Assembly (NCBI GenBank): GCA_963842415.1
Contig: CAWJGN010000003.1
Coordinates: 225,931 to 289,930, forward strand
Length of the DNA stretch: 64,000 nucleotides
Source: an uncultured Acidimicrobiaceae bacterium
GTDB lineage: Bacteria > Actinomycetota > Acidimicrobiia > Acidimicrobiales > RAAP-2
Direction of reading: 5' to 3'
Numbering within the stretch: position 1 is the first letter of the stretch; each line of letters starts with the position of its first letter. A program made the position numbers and the translations under genes. Below the pieces are notes generated by a model that did not search any database, had not been told where the DNA came from, and worked only from the letters and a program-made list of their open reading frames with translations. This document shows, one piece after another, positions 19,742-29,984 of the stretch.

Positions 19742-21799
19742 CTAGTGCCTGCTCAACACGATGTTCTGGTAGGCCGGTCCGGCCAGGACCGCGTCCCGCT
19801 CGCCGTAATCCGCGATCTTCCCGTTCGCAAGGACCAGGAGCAGGTCGCACTGCGCCGTCGTCTCGATGCGGTGCGAGATGATCACGACTGTGACGTGTCC
19901 TCTGAGCTCTGAGAGGGTCTTGCGGATGAGCTTCTCGGTGCGTCCGTCCACCGCGCTGGTCGGCTCGTCCAGGACGATGAGCTTCGGGGAGCCGATCAGC
20001 GCACGCGCGATGGCGAGGCGTTGCTTCTGTCCGCCCGACAGGGCTCCGCCACCCTCACCCACGAAAGTCTCGTAACCGGCGGGCATCCGGACGACGTCCT
20101 CGTCCAGGTGCGCCGACTTGGCGGCGTCGATGACCTCTTGGTCCTCGAAGTCCCGGAAGAACTTGATGTTGTCCATGATCGAGCCCTGCAGGAGCACCGG
20201 TTCCTGGGGCACGAGCGCCACCAGGTTGTGCGCACCGCTCTTGGAGATCGCCCCCGCGTCCACGCCGCCTATCGTGGCCCGACCGCTCGTCGGCTCGCGC
20301 AGGCCCAGCAGGATCTGGCTGATGGTCGTCTTGCCGCTGCCCGAGGGACCGAGCATGCCGATGATCTTCCCCTCCGGGATGTACATGGTGATGCCACCGA
20401 GGGCGAGTGACACCCCATCGTAGGAGTACTCCACGGAATCGAAGTCCACCTCGAAGGAGTCGGGCACGCTCTCTCCGGGAGTGACTTGAGCGTCCGCGAA
20501 GCGATGCAGGTCGAACGTGAGGTCCTCCAGCATGCCCTGAGACGAGCGAAGGCCCTGGATCGCGCCTTGGACGGCCGAGCCGTAGGTGATCGATCGCAGC
20601 ACCAGAATAAGGACGGCTCCGTCCTTCTCGAGCGCCGCGTGCCCCTGGCCGGCCAAAAAGACGATCCCGACGATGACGATTCCGAGTGCGAAGGTCTGGT
20701 AGAGCGTGGGCGCGATGCCGCCGAGCCGCGCTGTCCTGCGGTACACGACGCCTGTGTCCCGGATCAACGTGCGGAGCCTGTCCAGGACGCGGGTCTCCAC
20801 ACCGAACAATCGGAAGTCCCGGCTCAGACGGGTGTACTCGGTTACGTGTGTGGCCATGGCTCTCGTGACCCTGGAGAGCTCGCGGTTTGCCCGCCTGCTG
20901 CGCAGGTTGAGCGGCCTGAGTATCTGCAAGAGCACCAAGCTGATGGCAATGACGCCGATCGACGCAATGGGATCGACCACCAGTGCCACCGATAAGAGGG
21001 CGCAACCCATCAGGAGCGCTTGGAGGCCGCCCGACAGACTTCCGACGACACCGGAGGTGGACGAGGCGTTCATACCCATGAGCTGTTGGACGTGACCGAG
21101 GCGCTCGGTGGATTGGAGGGCCCAGTTGGACCGGAAGAACCCGGTGACGACGAGTTCACGGGTCTGGGTCAGCGCCTGCGTCGAGACAGACGTGCTGACG
21201 AAGATGGTGGCGAAGGTGGAGCAGGAGAACAGCACCAACGCGATCAACGCGACGGTGACCGCGCTCGTCGGGGTGAAGGAGGGACCGAAGGGAGGATGGA
21301 TCGCGTGCCTGCCCTCGACCCCGGCCACCACCACCTCTGAGATGACCAACAAGAGGACCGCTTGGCTGAGAGCGCCGACAATTGAGAGCAAGGTGAAGGC
21401 GAGGATCTTCAGACGCAGAGAGCCCATGCCGAGCATTCGCATGACCGAGAGCAGCGAGTCGGTCGGTGCATTCTCCGTGTTGGACGGCGGGGCCCCGGGG
21501 AAGGGTCTCTTCGCTGATCCCGTTTCGGGGGCAACGTACGCTCGCGTGCGGAGGATCGCCGAGCGAGATTCTAGTTTTTGGGCCTTCCGCCGGGCCCTGA
21601 GCTCCCGCAGGGACTTGCCCGGCCTCCAGGAGTGACGGTGCTTGCCCAGCTTCCTGGAGCGACGGTGCTCAAGGGCCGCGTCGCGCTGGCTGGGGTTCTC
21701 GCCCACCTCAACGGCGTGCAGCGCCGTGGAGTGCCCGCCGACCTCCTCGGCTGTCTCTGCCATCTCCCTCATCTCCCGGTGCGCACCACGTCGCCGCAT
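19742..21799 (-). CDS. ABC exporter, fused permease/ATPase (MsbA/PglK-like), intact
   Basis: TM region followed by Walker A GPSGSGKTT, signature LSGGQKQRLAIARAL and Walker B LIVLDEPTSAVD. A 120-aa basic N-terminal extension is GC3-rich. An alternative start is ATG 21442. Confidence 0.85.
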   Translation of the reverse strand: MRRRGAHREMREMAETAEEVGGHSTALHAVEVGENPSQRDAALEHRRSRKLGKHRHSWRPGKSLRELRARRKAQKLESRSAILRTRAYVAPETGSAKRPFPGAPPSNTENAPTDSLLSVMRMLGMGSLRLKILAFTLLSIVGALSQAVLLLVISEVVVAGVEGRHAIHPPFGPSFTPTSAVTVALIALVLFSCSTFATIFVSTSVSTQALTQTRELVVTGFFRSNWALQSTERLGHVQQLMGMNASSTSGVVGSLSGGLQALLMGCALLSVALVVDPIASIGVIAISLVLLQILRPLNLRSRRANRELSRVTRAMATHVTEYTRLSRDFRLFGVETRVLDRLRTLIRDTGVVYRRTARLGGIAPTLYQTFALGIVIVGIVFLAGQGHAALEKDGAVLILVLRSITYGSAVQGAIQGLRSSQGMLEDLTFDLHRFADAQVTPGESVPDSFEVDFDSVEYSYDGVSLALGGITMYIPEGKIIGMLGPSGSGKTTISQILLGLREPTSGRATIGGVDAGAISKSGAHNLVALVPQEPVLLQGSIMDNIKFFRDFEDQEVIDAAKSAHLDEDVVRMPAGYETFVGEGGGALSGGQKQRLAIARALIGSPKLIVLDEPTSAVDGRTEKLIRKTLSELRGHVTVVIISHRIETTAQCDLLLVLANGKIADYGERDAVLAGPAYQNIVLSRH

Positions 21800-22026
21800 C
21801 TGCTCCGCGCACGCTGCGTCCCGAAAACCGATCCCCTGCCGAGAGGCTCACCCCCTACCCTTCGACCACCGCAAACTACTCCCCCTTCCACCCCGTCGGT
21901 AGCGGGTCCCCCGAGTCGGCCGAGGACGGACACCTTTATTTTACGTCGAGGTCAGCCAATGTTCACCTCGGATGGACCTCCTCCCACGACATTGCCTAGG
22001 GTCCACAGCGGCGCAGCGGAGGGCCG

Positions 22027-22345
22027 ATGGACCAATCGAACACTTATGGGGGGGCGGCGTCGCCTCGAAGACGCAAGGTCCTGGTCCTGATCAAGTGCAT
22101 GGGACACGGAGGAGCGGAGCGCCTCGTGGTTTCTATGATGCGCCACCGAGATCGTGAGCGCTTCGAGTACGAGGCCGCATACATCTTGGAGGATCGTGAC
22201 ACGCTGCGTCCCCCAGCTGCGAGACGCCGGCGTCGCCGTACACTCGTTGGGCCTGGCCGATCGCTTCGATGTGCGTGGGTGCCTGCGTGAGGTCGAGTCC
22301 ACGTACGACGAGCTGGTCCCGCAACCGACAGCGGTCACGTGGTGA
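22027..22345 (+). pseudogene. 5' remnant (about 100 aa) of a GT4 glycosyltransferase paralogous to 35534..36715, with a frameshift
   Basis: RKVLVLIKCMGHGGAERLVVSMMRHRDRERFEYEAAYILEDRDTL / VPQLRDAGVAVHSLGLADRFDV aligns with RVLLLIKCLDYGGAERLLVDMAALGDRTSFEYEAAFVLSERHRLADEMRSAGTPVHALG. No downstream remainder is present. Confidence 0.55.
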
Positions 22346-22351
22346 CCGCTG
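22329..22351. other. perfect 10-bp stem / 3-nt loop hairpin at the junction between the GT remnant and the next GT gene
   Basis: CAGCGGTCAC gtg GTGACCGCTG read directly from the sequence. Confidence 0.8.
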
Positions 22352-22376
22352 TCGACGACGTCGTCGCGGGCGACGC

Positions 22377-23534
22377 GTGGTCCACCTGACGACGACCGAC
22401 ATGAGCCTGGCTCTTTTGCTCGGACCGCAGCTTCGTGCGTTTGCGAAGGCAGGAATGGAGGTCATCGGCGCATCGGCGGCAGGGCCGTGGGTCGACGACC
22501 TCATTGCGTGGGGCATCCGTCACGGGGCGGTCTCGCACGCCACTCGGTCAGTCTCCGTCACCAACGACGTCCTGGCTCTCGGCGAGCTCGTCGCGGCTGC
22601 GTCCCGACATGGTGCATACGCACAACCCCAAGCCCGGCGTCTACGGCCGGCTGGCGGCGCGCGTCGGCGGGTGTGCCGGTCGTGATGAACACGGTGCACG
22701 GCCTCTACGCCAGTCCGGACGACCCGCTCCTGCGGCGCGCCGTGGTCTACGGCCTCGAACGGGCGGTGTCCGTCTGCTCCGAGGCGGAGCTCGTGCAGAA
22801 CATCGAGGATGTCGCCGTGTTGGAACGCCTGTACGTGCCAGCCCGCAAGCTGCACCTGCTCGGCAACGGCGTCGATCTCGTGCGTTTCCAACCTCGACCC
22901 GCCGAGGCCTCCACCGTGCGGTAGACCCTCGGCGTGCGAGAGGACCAAGTGGTCGCCGGCGTCGTGGGCCGTCTCGTGTGGGAGAAGGGATTCGCCGAGC
23001 TCTTTGAGGCGGCGCGACGACTACGCCGCACCCGGCCCGAGGTCGTCGTCGTCGTCGGGCCGACCGACCCTGCGAAGAGCGGCAGCCTGACGCAGGCCGA
23101 CCTCGACCGTGCCCGCGCTGAAGCGGGCGTCATCTTCCTTGGCGAACGACGCGAGGTCGAATCTCTCTACCCGGGTTCGACGCGGCGCCTCGCACCGAGA
23201 GGGGTTTCCACGTGCGGCCATGGAAGCGGCCGCGTGCGGTCTGCCCATCGTCGCGTCGGACATCCGCGGGTGCCGCCAGGTGGTCGACCACGGGCACACC
23301 GGGTTGCTGGTACCCGCCCGCGACGCGGTCGCACTGGCCGACGCCATCGCCACCCTCGCCGCCGATCCGATTCGCCGGCAGGCCATGGGACGGGCCGCTC
23401 GCGCCCACGCCGAGGCAGAGTTCGACGACCGCAGGGTGATCGACCGGACGCTCGATACCTACCGCCAACTTCTCAGTGGCGTCAGCGCCACCGACATCGA
23501 CGTGGTCCTCCCGCGGGCGATCAGCCGGGGCTGA
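22377..23534 (+). pseudogene. GT4 glycosyltransferase (WbuB/EpsD-like) with three frameshifts and an in-frame TAG
   Basis: The fragments are VVHLTTTDMSLALLLGPQLRAFAKAGMEVIGAS / LRPDMVHTHNPKPGVYGRLAAR / AGVPVVMNTVHGLYASPDD...RFQPRP...VR-TAG(22922)-TLGVREDQVVAGVVGRLVWEKG / ASHREGFPRAAMEAAACGLPIVASDIRGCRQVV. Confidence 0.72.
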
Positions 23535-23567
23535 CGCCGCGCTGAAGCTCGGAGCCCTGTCTCCGGC

Positions 23568-25007
23568 TCAGCTCGACGCGTGCCAGTCGGCCGTCGACCA
23601 CCCCGACTGGTCGGTGTAGGACCGCTCCTCCGCCACCCACTGTGCGACCGTCGACGCCACGAGCGTTGTCGCCTCGACGGGCTCGTCGCCGTCGACTGGC
23701 ACACGCGTCCCGGGGGGTACAGACCCTGCGCTCGCCCGCCGCCTTCGGCGCTGCCACGGGTACGGGTCCTCGCCCGGCCGCGCCATCGGGAAGGCGAGCA
23801 CGATGAAGAGGAACGGGAGGAGCAAGGTGCGCTCCCTGGTGATGAGGCCGAGGTTCCCGAGGGCGGCAAAGGCGTACATGAAGACGAAGCTGTAGAAGAG
23901 TGCAGTGAACACGTACGGGCGCTGCATGCAGACGCGCGGGAGGTAGCGCAGGCGTGGGAACGAGGACAGGATCACGAGCAGGATCAAGATGTTCTCGGCG
24001 GCAGCGAACAGCTGGGTCACGCTGTGCGCGGTGACAGGCAGCGGGTCGAACAGGACCGTGTACACGTCCCGCGGATACCAAAGCGGGTTGGAAGAGTAAG
24101 GGACCGCACTGCTCCCGAAGCCCGCCCCGGTGCCCTGGTTGTTCGCCCCGATCTTGTTGAGCGTGTTCCCGAAGCCCGAGCCGCTGACTGAGTGCAGGAG
24201 GTGGACAGCCTCGTACCCCGAGACGACGACCGCGGCGACGACGAACACGAACGCCGCCACCATCGTGAAGGGATGTCGCGGGCGCAGCAGGACACCCGTC
24301 GCCTTGCCGCCGACCGCCCGCAGCACCATGGCGAGGGCGAACCCGCCGACAAAGATCACGACCTCGTTCGGCCGGATGAACAGGCCGAGCGCCATGCCCA
24401 CGACCATGGCGGGGTAGCCGGCACGCCGGCCGACCAACACGAGGGCGATGCCATAGGCGGCAAGGCCGAGGCCGACCAGCATGAAGGCCTCTTTGCCGAC
24501 GTCGGCGGTCCAGAAAAGCAAGGAGGGAAAGAGGAAGATGAGGAGCGCGTAGCGGCGGCGGTCGGTGCGGGGGAAGGTCACCCTGAACGCGAGGTAGAAG
24601 AACACGCAGCCCACGTACGAAAGCCAGGCGCAGACGAAGAAGGCTGCCAGCTGATCCGGACCGACGATCGTCATGACGACCCCGCCCGCGATCGACACCG
24701 AGCCCGAGCCGAGTATGGTCGTCACGCCGCTGTTGGCGAGGGTGAAGTGACCGTTGCGCCACATGTCCGCCAGCAGCGAGCCCTGATGGTCGTAGCGCAG
24801 CCAGTCGGCCACGCCGCCGTAGAAGTGGTCGACCACGAAGATCTGGAGGGGTGCGCAAACGAGGTGCAGCAACACGCTGGCGATCATCACCGAGGCGAGC
24901 GCGTGATACGAGTCGCCGCGTGCCACCTTCTTGGCGATCAGCACGCCGAACCAGGCGAGGAGGGCAGCGAGTGGAAGGGCGACCGCGATGTCCGACCCGA
25001 TCTTCAT
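23568..25007 (-). CDS. polytopic membrane protein, candidate Wzy-like glycan polymerase
   Basis: About 10 or more hydrophobic segments, with a loop region (SGSGFGNTLNKIGANNQGTGAGFGSSAVPYSSNPLWYPRD). Context is a glycan locus. ATG 25007 (MKIGSD). The function is inferred from topology and context only. Confidence 0.45.
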   Translation of the reverse strand: MKIGSDIAVALPLAALLAWFGVLIAKKVARGDSYHALASVMIASVLLHLVCAPLQIFVVDHFYGGVADWLRYDHQGSLLADMWRNGHFTLANSGVTTILGSGSVSIAGGVVMTIVGPDQLAAFFVCAWLSYVGCVFFYLAFRVTFPRTDRRRYALLIFLFPSLLFWTADVGKEAFMLVGLGLAAYGIALVLVGRRAGYPAMVVGMALGLFIRPNEVVIFVGGFALAMVLRAVGGKATGVLLRPRHPFTMVAAFVFVVAAVVVSGYEAVHLLHSVSGSGFGNTLNKIGANNQGTGAGFGSSAVPYSSNPLWYPRDVYTVLFDPLPVTAHSVTQLFAAAENILILLVILSSFPRLRYLPRVCMQRPYVFTALFYSFVFMYAFAALGNLGLITRERTLLLPFLFIVLAFPMARPGEDPYPWQRRRRRASAGSVPPGTRVPVDGDEPVEATTLVASTVAQWVAEERSYTDQSGWSTADWHASS

Positions 25008-25008
25008 G

Positions 25009-25876
25009 TCACGCTCGCACCAGGCTGGCAAAATTGGGCCACAGGCTCGGATCGACCTCTGGCATAGCCGCCGCCAGCGCCCGCACGTCCGGCGCGTACA
25101 GGTCGCGCGAGACGACGGCGCGCGTGTCGTCAGGCAGCGTGATTTGCGCCTTCCTACGGTTCACGCGCTCCGTCACCTCGTCGGGGGTGAAGGGCGGTAA
25201 GTTCAAGAAGCGGTAGGTCTTCTGGAGCTCGCCGACCGGATCCTGCACGCAGCGCTCGTACTGCAACACCAGCATCTGCTCGCGCGTGGAAATGACGTGC
25301 CCACTCGGCGAGCGCCTGACCGTAGAATCCGCACCCGAGAGCGTCGCTGTACACCTCGGCCGTCACCGCGCCCCTATGCCCGCGGTGGTGCGCCAGCCCG
25401 GACTGGAATCGCTCGACGGGATCGCGCAGCAGCACCAACAGCCGAGTCCGTGGGGCTGCGTCGGCCAGGAGCGACGGAACCCAGCCCAGATGCATGTAGT
25501 CCGGCGTCCACTCTCCGGTGACCATCCCCGCCGGGCGTGGGAACCACCCGTGGTACTGCGTGCACTGCTCGGCGCCGAACGAGCGTGCCGCGAAGCGATC
25601 GAAGAAGTGCCGCTCCTTGTGGATGTCGTCGCGCTGGGCCACGCCGGGGTGGGCGGCGATCAGAGCGAACCACCAGGTGGTGCCGGCCTTCTGGGCGCCG
25701 ATGCCCACGAAGTCGGGAGGGCCTGTGACCTCACCTGGACGCGGCTGAGGCGGCGTGAAGTCGAAGCCGTCCTCCCACGGCGCGAACCGCCCACGAGCGT
25801 GCAGGACTGCTCGCCGCATCGGCGCCGGGAGAGTCAAGAACGTCGAGCGCGCGACATCCTTCAAAGTCATACCCAA
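25009..25876 (-). CDS. sulfotransferase family protein, one frame disruption near 25283
   Basis: FVGIGAQKAGTTWW (5'-PSB) and LLRDPVERFQSGL (3'-PB). The C-terminal part (EQMLVLQYERCVQDP...) is in ORF 25009..25275. Confidence 0.75.
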
Positions 25877-26186
25877 GTCTTCCGTCTCCGCCCAGGCTTC
25901 GTCACTTCAGCCCCGACCGACATCCTCACAGCCTTCCTGGACATCGGTGAACGCGACGCAACATCTTGGCGACATTTTGATGAAACGTAGATGAATTCGT
26001 TGCCGACTGGCCACAAGCGCAGCCCGAAGAGCTCGCCATGGCTTGCTCGCCCCGGGCGCCGGGCATGGAAGCTGCACACCCACCGCAAGCGGGACCTGAG
26101 TCTACGAGCTCTGGGACGTGCTCATGCTCCAGGCGTGGCGCTCGATCACTGGAGCCCGACGGGAACGCTCTGAGCCCGCTCTGAAC

Positions 26187-26516
26187 TCAGTCGGACGGCG
26201 GCGGGGGGACTCCGAGATCCGCCTGAGGGTGCGCACCGCCTTCAAGCGCGGCGTCCCCCATCTGCCTGTCGAGGCTCTCGAGGTTCACCGGTGCGCTGCC
26301 TGGGTCCCCGGCGCGCCAGAGGTCCGCTCCGCCGATGGCCGGGACGTCGGGCTCAATCAGCTCTGGCTGGTGCGAGGGCTCCTCGTCGGGAGGGTCGTCG
26401 TAGGACTCGACCTCCCCGTCTCGCACGAGCTTCGTCGGCGTCCCCTCCGAGAGCCACCGCGCCTCGTGCCGACCGAACGGGTCGGTGCACCAGCCCTCGA
26501 GCTCCTTCGCTTCCAT
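26187..26516 (-). CDS. DUF2510-like small protein
   Basis: ATG 26516. MEAKELEGWCTDPFGRHEARWLSEGTPTKLVRDG resembles the GWYxDPxGxxxxRWWDGxxWT motif. Acidic/Pro-rich tail. Confidence 0.5.
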   Translation of the reverse strand: MEAKELEGWCTDPFGRHEARWLSEGTPTKLVRDGEVESYDDPPDEEPSHQPELIEPDVPAIGGADLWRAGDPGSAPVNLESLDRQMGDAALEGGAHPQADLGVPPPPSD

Positions 26517-26589
26517 CGCACCGAACCGTACCGCGCCCCCGCTTCTCTTGCTGCTCCCGAGCACATGTCGCCATCCACGGTGGCGCCCC

Positions 26590-26690
26590 CACACCGGCAC
26601 CTGCCACTCGCCGGAACTCCCTTCAGGGTGTGTCGTCCCCGGTCGTCGAAGACGATGCCCGAGCCCACGACGAGGTCGCGGACGGTGCCG
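26590..26690 (-). pseudogene. 3'-terminal fragment of a class III adenylate/guanylate cyclase-type gene
   Basis: GTVRDLVVGSGIVFDDRGRHTLKGVPGEW (with one internal shift) matches the conserved cyclase C-terminus (STVRDLVxGSGIxFEDRGEHxLKGVPGxW). No upstream cyclase sequence is present. Confidence 0.45.
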
Positions 26691-27196
26691 GCTGTTGAGC
26701 AGCTTCATCGTGTTGCCGAGGCCCAGGGGGCCGACGTGGAAGGTAGCGCGTCCGAGTGGCTCGAGCACGGGCAGGACGGGGCGACGGCCTCGTCGTCACA
26801 GCCGATCATGAACACGAGCATCCGGCGCTCCGCCCCGATGGCCCCACCCGTCAGCGGCGTTTCGACCAGGTGATGGCCCGACGTGGCCAGTCGGCCTCCC
26901 AATTCGCGCACCATGGCCGGGCTGTTCGTGGAGAGGTCGACGAGGACCGAGCCCGGCGCTGCCGCGCCGGTTCACGCCGCGGCCACCGCCGCGACGACGT
27001 CGGGCGCCGGCAGCGACAACAGCGTGACGTCGCACCGGCGGGCCACCGACTCGACGTCCGTCGCGGGCGACTCACCGACGACCGCCTGCATGGCCATGGT
27101 GTCGACGTCGTGCACCACCACCTCGTTGCCGTCGGCCACCAGGTTGGCCGCGATCGCCCCGCCGATGTTGCCCAGCCCGATCACGCCTGTCGCCAT
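26690..27196 (-). pseudogene. 3-hydroxyisobutyrate/6-phosphogluconate dehydrogenase-like NAD-binding gene: in-frame TGA, frameshift, and 3' truncation
   Basis: MATGVIGLGNIGGAIAANLVADGNEVVVHD...VAAVAAA-TGA(26969-26971)-TGAAAPGSVLVDLSTNSPAMVRELGG...PLTGGAIGAERRMLVFMIGC / LPVLEPLGRATFHVGPLGLGNTMKLLNS. Homology then stops, with about half the protein missing. Confidence 0.62.
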
Positions 27197-27303
27197 CGTC
27201 CCTCCCGGTGAGCCAAACACCCTGGCAGAGCCCCTGAGCGCCCGCCAGGCGAGAGCGTATAGTGAAAATTTGACTCGAGCGTCAGGAAACCCGGGGGTGG
27301 TGC

Positions 27304-28471
27304 ATGGGGCTGCGCGAGCAGGTCGTCTGCGACCGTGATCCCACGTGATGGAGCGGCCCGACCTATGGGAGCGCTACATCGATCCGGCCTACGCCCACGC
27401 GGCGCCGCGCGGCCTCTCGGAGATCCCGCGTGACATGCGGTTGCGGGTCAAGAACCACGTCATGCTGCGGCTGGGCGCGACGCGTCCGTCGCACGTGAGC
27501 GGGCGCAAGACCGGGTGGCAGAAGGACCACGACACCGTGTACGCCCAGTCCGAGGCCAGAGGCTGGGACGCGCAGTCGCAGGTCGACGCCATGGACACCG
27601 AAGGGCTCGACCTGGCGGTGCTGTTCCCCTCACGCGGGTTGTTCGTCCTCGGCCTCGACTCGGCCGAGCAGATCGGCTCCGACGGCCTGGAGCCAGAGTT
27701 CGCCACCGCCATCGCCCGCGCCTACAACGACTGGCTGAAGGACTTCTGCGATCACGCGCCCGACCGGATGTTCGGTGCCGGCATGGTGGCGGCCTACGAC
27801 GTCGGCGGCGCCGTCGAGGAGGCACGGCGCCGCGTCACGGATCTCGGCTTCAAGTCGATCTTCCTGCCGCCCGCGACGGTGAACCGGCGGCCGTGGCACC
27901 ACCCCTCTTACGACCCCCTGTGGGCGGAGATCCAACGGCTGGGCGTCCCGCTGGCCTTCCACGGCGGCGAGCAGACCTACCTCACTCCCGACTTCGGTCT
28001 GGAGGTGTTGGACCGGCTCATGCTGTGGCACACCTTCAGCCAGCCCCTCGGGATTCAGTTCGTGACCCCGTGCCTCTGCGGTGGCGGGGTGCTCGAGCGC
28101 TTCCCCGACCTGAAGGTGGCCCTGTTGGAGGGCAACTGCTCGTGGGCACCGTGGTTCCTCTACCGGCTGGACGAGCACCGGGAGTGGACGGGTTGGTACG
28201 AGGCGCCCGAGCTCACGATGCCGCCGTCGGAGTACTTCAGGCGCAACTGCTGGGTCTCGGTCGAGGCCGACGAGGTCACGGTGCCCCACTTCGTCGAGAC
28301 CTTCGGTGACGAGCGCCTGCTCTTCTCGACCGACTACCCCCACGGGGACTCCAAGTACCCACACGCCGTGGACACCTTCGACAAGCTCCCGCTCTCGGAC
28401 GAGAGCAAGACCGGATCGTCAGCACCAACTGGTCGGCGCTCTACGACATCCCGCTGGCCAAGAAGACCTGA
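27304..28471 (+). CDS. amidohydrolase family protein (Amidohydro_2/ACMSD-like), frame disruptions near 27338 and 28410
   Basis: MGLREQVVCDRDP / HVMERPDLWERYIDP, where the C-run is one base short. FSTDYPHGDSKYPH. The true C-terminus RIVSTNWSALYDIPLAKKT-TGA (28469-28471) is in another frame. Confidence 0.8.
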
Positions 28472-28606
28472 CGGTCCCCAACGACGCGAAGTCCACCGCG
28501 CCCTTGGGCGCCCGCTTCTCAGCCCATAGGTGATGCGCCCGGGCGCGCGCGGCGCTTCAGGCTCGACGTCCTGAGCGCCCCCTGGCAAGGTTCTTCGAAC
28601 CACTCA

Positions 28607-29254
28607 TCACCCGTCCTCGGCGGGCGCGGGCCGGGCGAACATGACGAGGTAGCCCGCCCGACCGAGGGGTTCCACCTTGGCCACGTCGAGGTGGCAGGAC
28701 GCCGCCAGGTTGTCGAGGTCCGCGCGCCGATAGCCGTGGACGTGCACGCCGCGGGCCCCGTAGCGGACCTGGCGGAGCCGGAGGCGCAGCCCGGGGGCCG
28801 GGAACGAGCCGATGACGTGGGAGCCGGCCCTGCCCATGCGGCGCAGCAGCTCGCCGGGCTCGTCCACGTAGTCGAACACGCCGAGGGCCACTGCCGCGTC
28901 GTAGGCGTCGACCTCGTCGATGTCCTCCCAGCCGCGCTCTTCGACGCTGACCTGGTCGGGATGGGCCGACGCCTCGCGGCGGGCGAGCTCGACCATGGCC
29001 GGGGCGGGGTCGATCCCGGTCACGTGCACGCCGAGCTCCGTGAGCGGGACGAAGAGGGGCCCGCTGCCACATCCCACGTCGAGCACCCGTTTGCTGCCCA
29101 GCGTGTCCACGAGCTCCACCGTCTTGTGCAGACGGTCGAACATCGGTCCCCGGCCGAGAAGCCGCGACACCGGCTCGCTGCGGTAGAACGCGGCGAAGCG
29201 CGAGGCTCGCTTGTCGAAGTAGCCGTCGAATTCTGCGGACTCAGCGTGCGGCAT
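28607..29254 (-). CDS. class I SAM-dependent methyltransferase
   Basis: ATG 29254. VLDVGCGSGPL (motif I), VTGIDPAPAMV and DAAVALGVFDYV. Confidence 0.8.
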   Translation of the reverse strand: MPHAESAEFDGYFDKRASRFAAFYRSEPVSRLLGRGPMFDRLHKTVELVDTLGSKRVLDVGCGSGPLFVPLTELGVHVTGIDPAPAMVELARREASAHPDQVSVEERGWEDIDEVDAYDAAVALGVFDYVDEPGELLRRMGRAGSHVIGSFPAPGLRLRLRQVRYGARGVHVHGYRRADLDNLAASCHLDVAKVEPLGRAGYLVMFARPAPAEDG

Positions 29255-29984
29255 GGCGACAGGTCTCGCTCCCGTATCGTCTCGTGAGGTCCTGGAAGAT
29301 AGTGGCGATCCGGCGCCGACCGAGCACCTGCTTGGCCAGTGCGGCGGAGCGCACCTCGCGCACCCCCGGGACGCTGCCGTCGAAGTCGTAGGAGTGGTAG
29401 TACAGCACCGCCGGCCCCTGATGGCGTGCGACGGCACGCGTCACGGCGGCGGTGGGTAGCAGTCGCTGGTAGCTGCCGCCACCGACGTGAACGCCGCGCC
29501 AGGACAGCACCGGGAGCTCGTGCAGCGCCGAGGCGGGCCCGAGGGACGAGGCGTCGGACACATAGTCGTAGCCGGCCTCGGCCAAGAGCTCCCGGTAGCG
29601 CTCCAGCCCGATCCCCGCCGGCAGGTCGAAGCGCGGCGAGCGGAATCCCGTGACGGGCACCCCGAGAAGGTCCTCGAGCATCTCGCGGCCCTGGCGCAAC
29701 CAATCGGCGATCCCCTCCGATGGGAGCCGCCCGTGATCGGGGCCGTGGCTGGCGATCTCGTGGCCGGCCGCCGCGAACTCGGCCAGCGTGGACCGGATCC
29801 GCGCCGCGTAGTGGCCCACGACGAACAACGTGACCGCAGGGCGGGCCTCCAGGGCGCTCAGGTGCTGGAGCAGCACCCCCAAGCCACCGGAGCCGAGGTC
29901 GTGTCTCGGGACGTCGTGACCCAGGACGGCCATGCCTTCGCAGAAGTCCTCGACGTCCACCGTCATGCACAACGAGGTGGTCAC
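29241..29984 (-). CDS. polysaccharide deacetylase (CE4-like, DUF3473-type)
   Basis: CMTVDVEDF, HEIASHGPDH and GFRSPRF. Overlaps neighbouring genes by a few nt. Confidence 0.8.
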   Translation of the reverse strand: MTTSLCMTVDVEDFCEGMAVLGHDVPRHDLGSGGLGVLLQHLSALEARPAVTLFVVGHYAARIRSTLAEFAAAGHEIASHGPDHGRLPSEGIADWLRQGREMLEDLLGVPVTGFRSPRFDLPAGIGLERYRELLAEAGYDYVSDASSLGPASALHELPVLSWRGVHVGGGSYQRLLPTAAVTRAVARHQGPAVLYYHSYDFDGSVPGVREVRSAALAKQVLGRRRIATIFQDLTRRYGSETCRHAAR

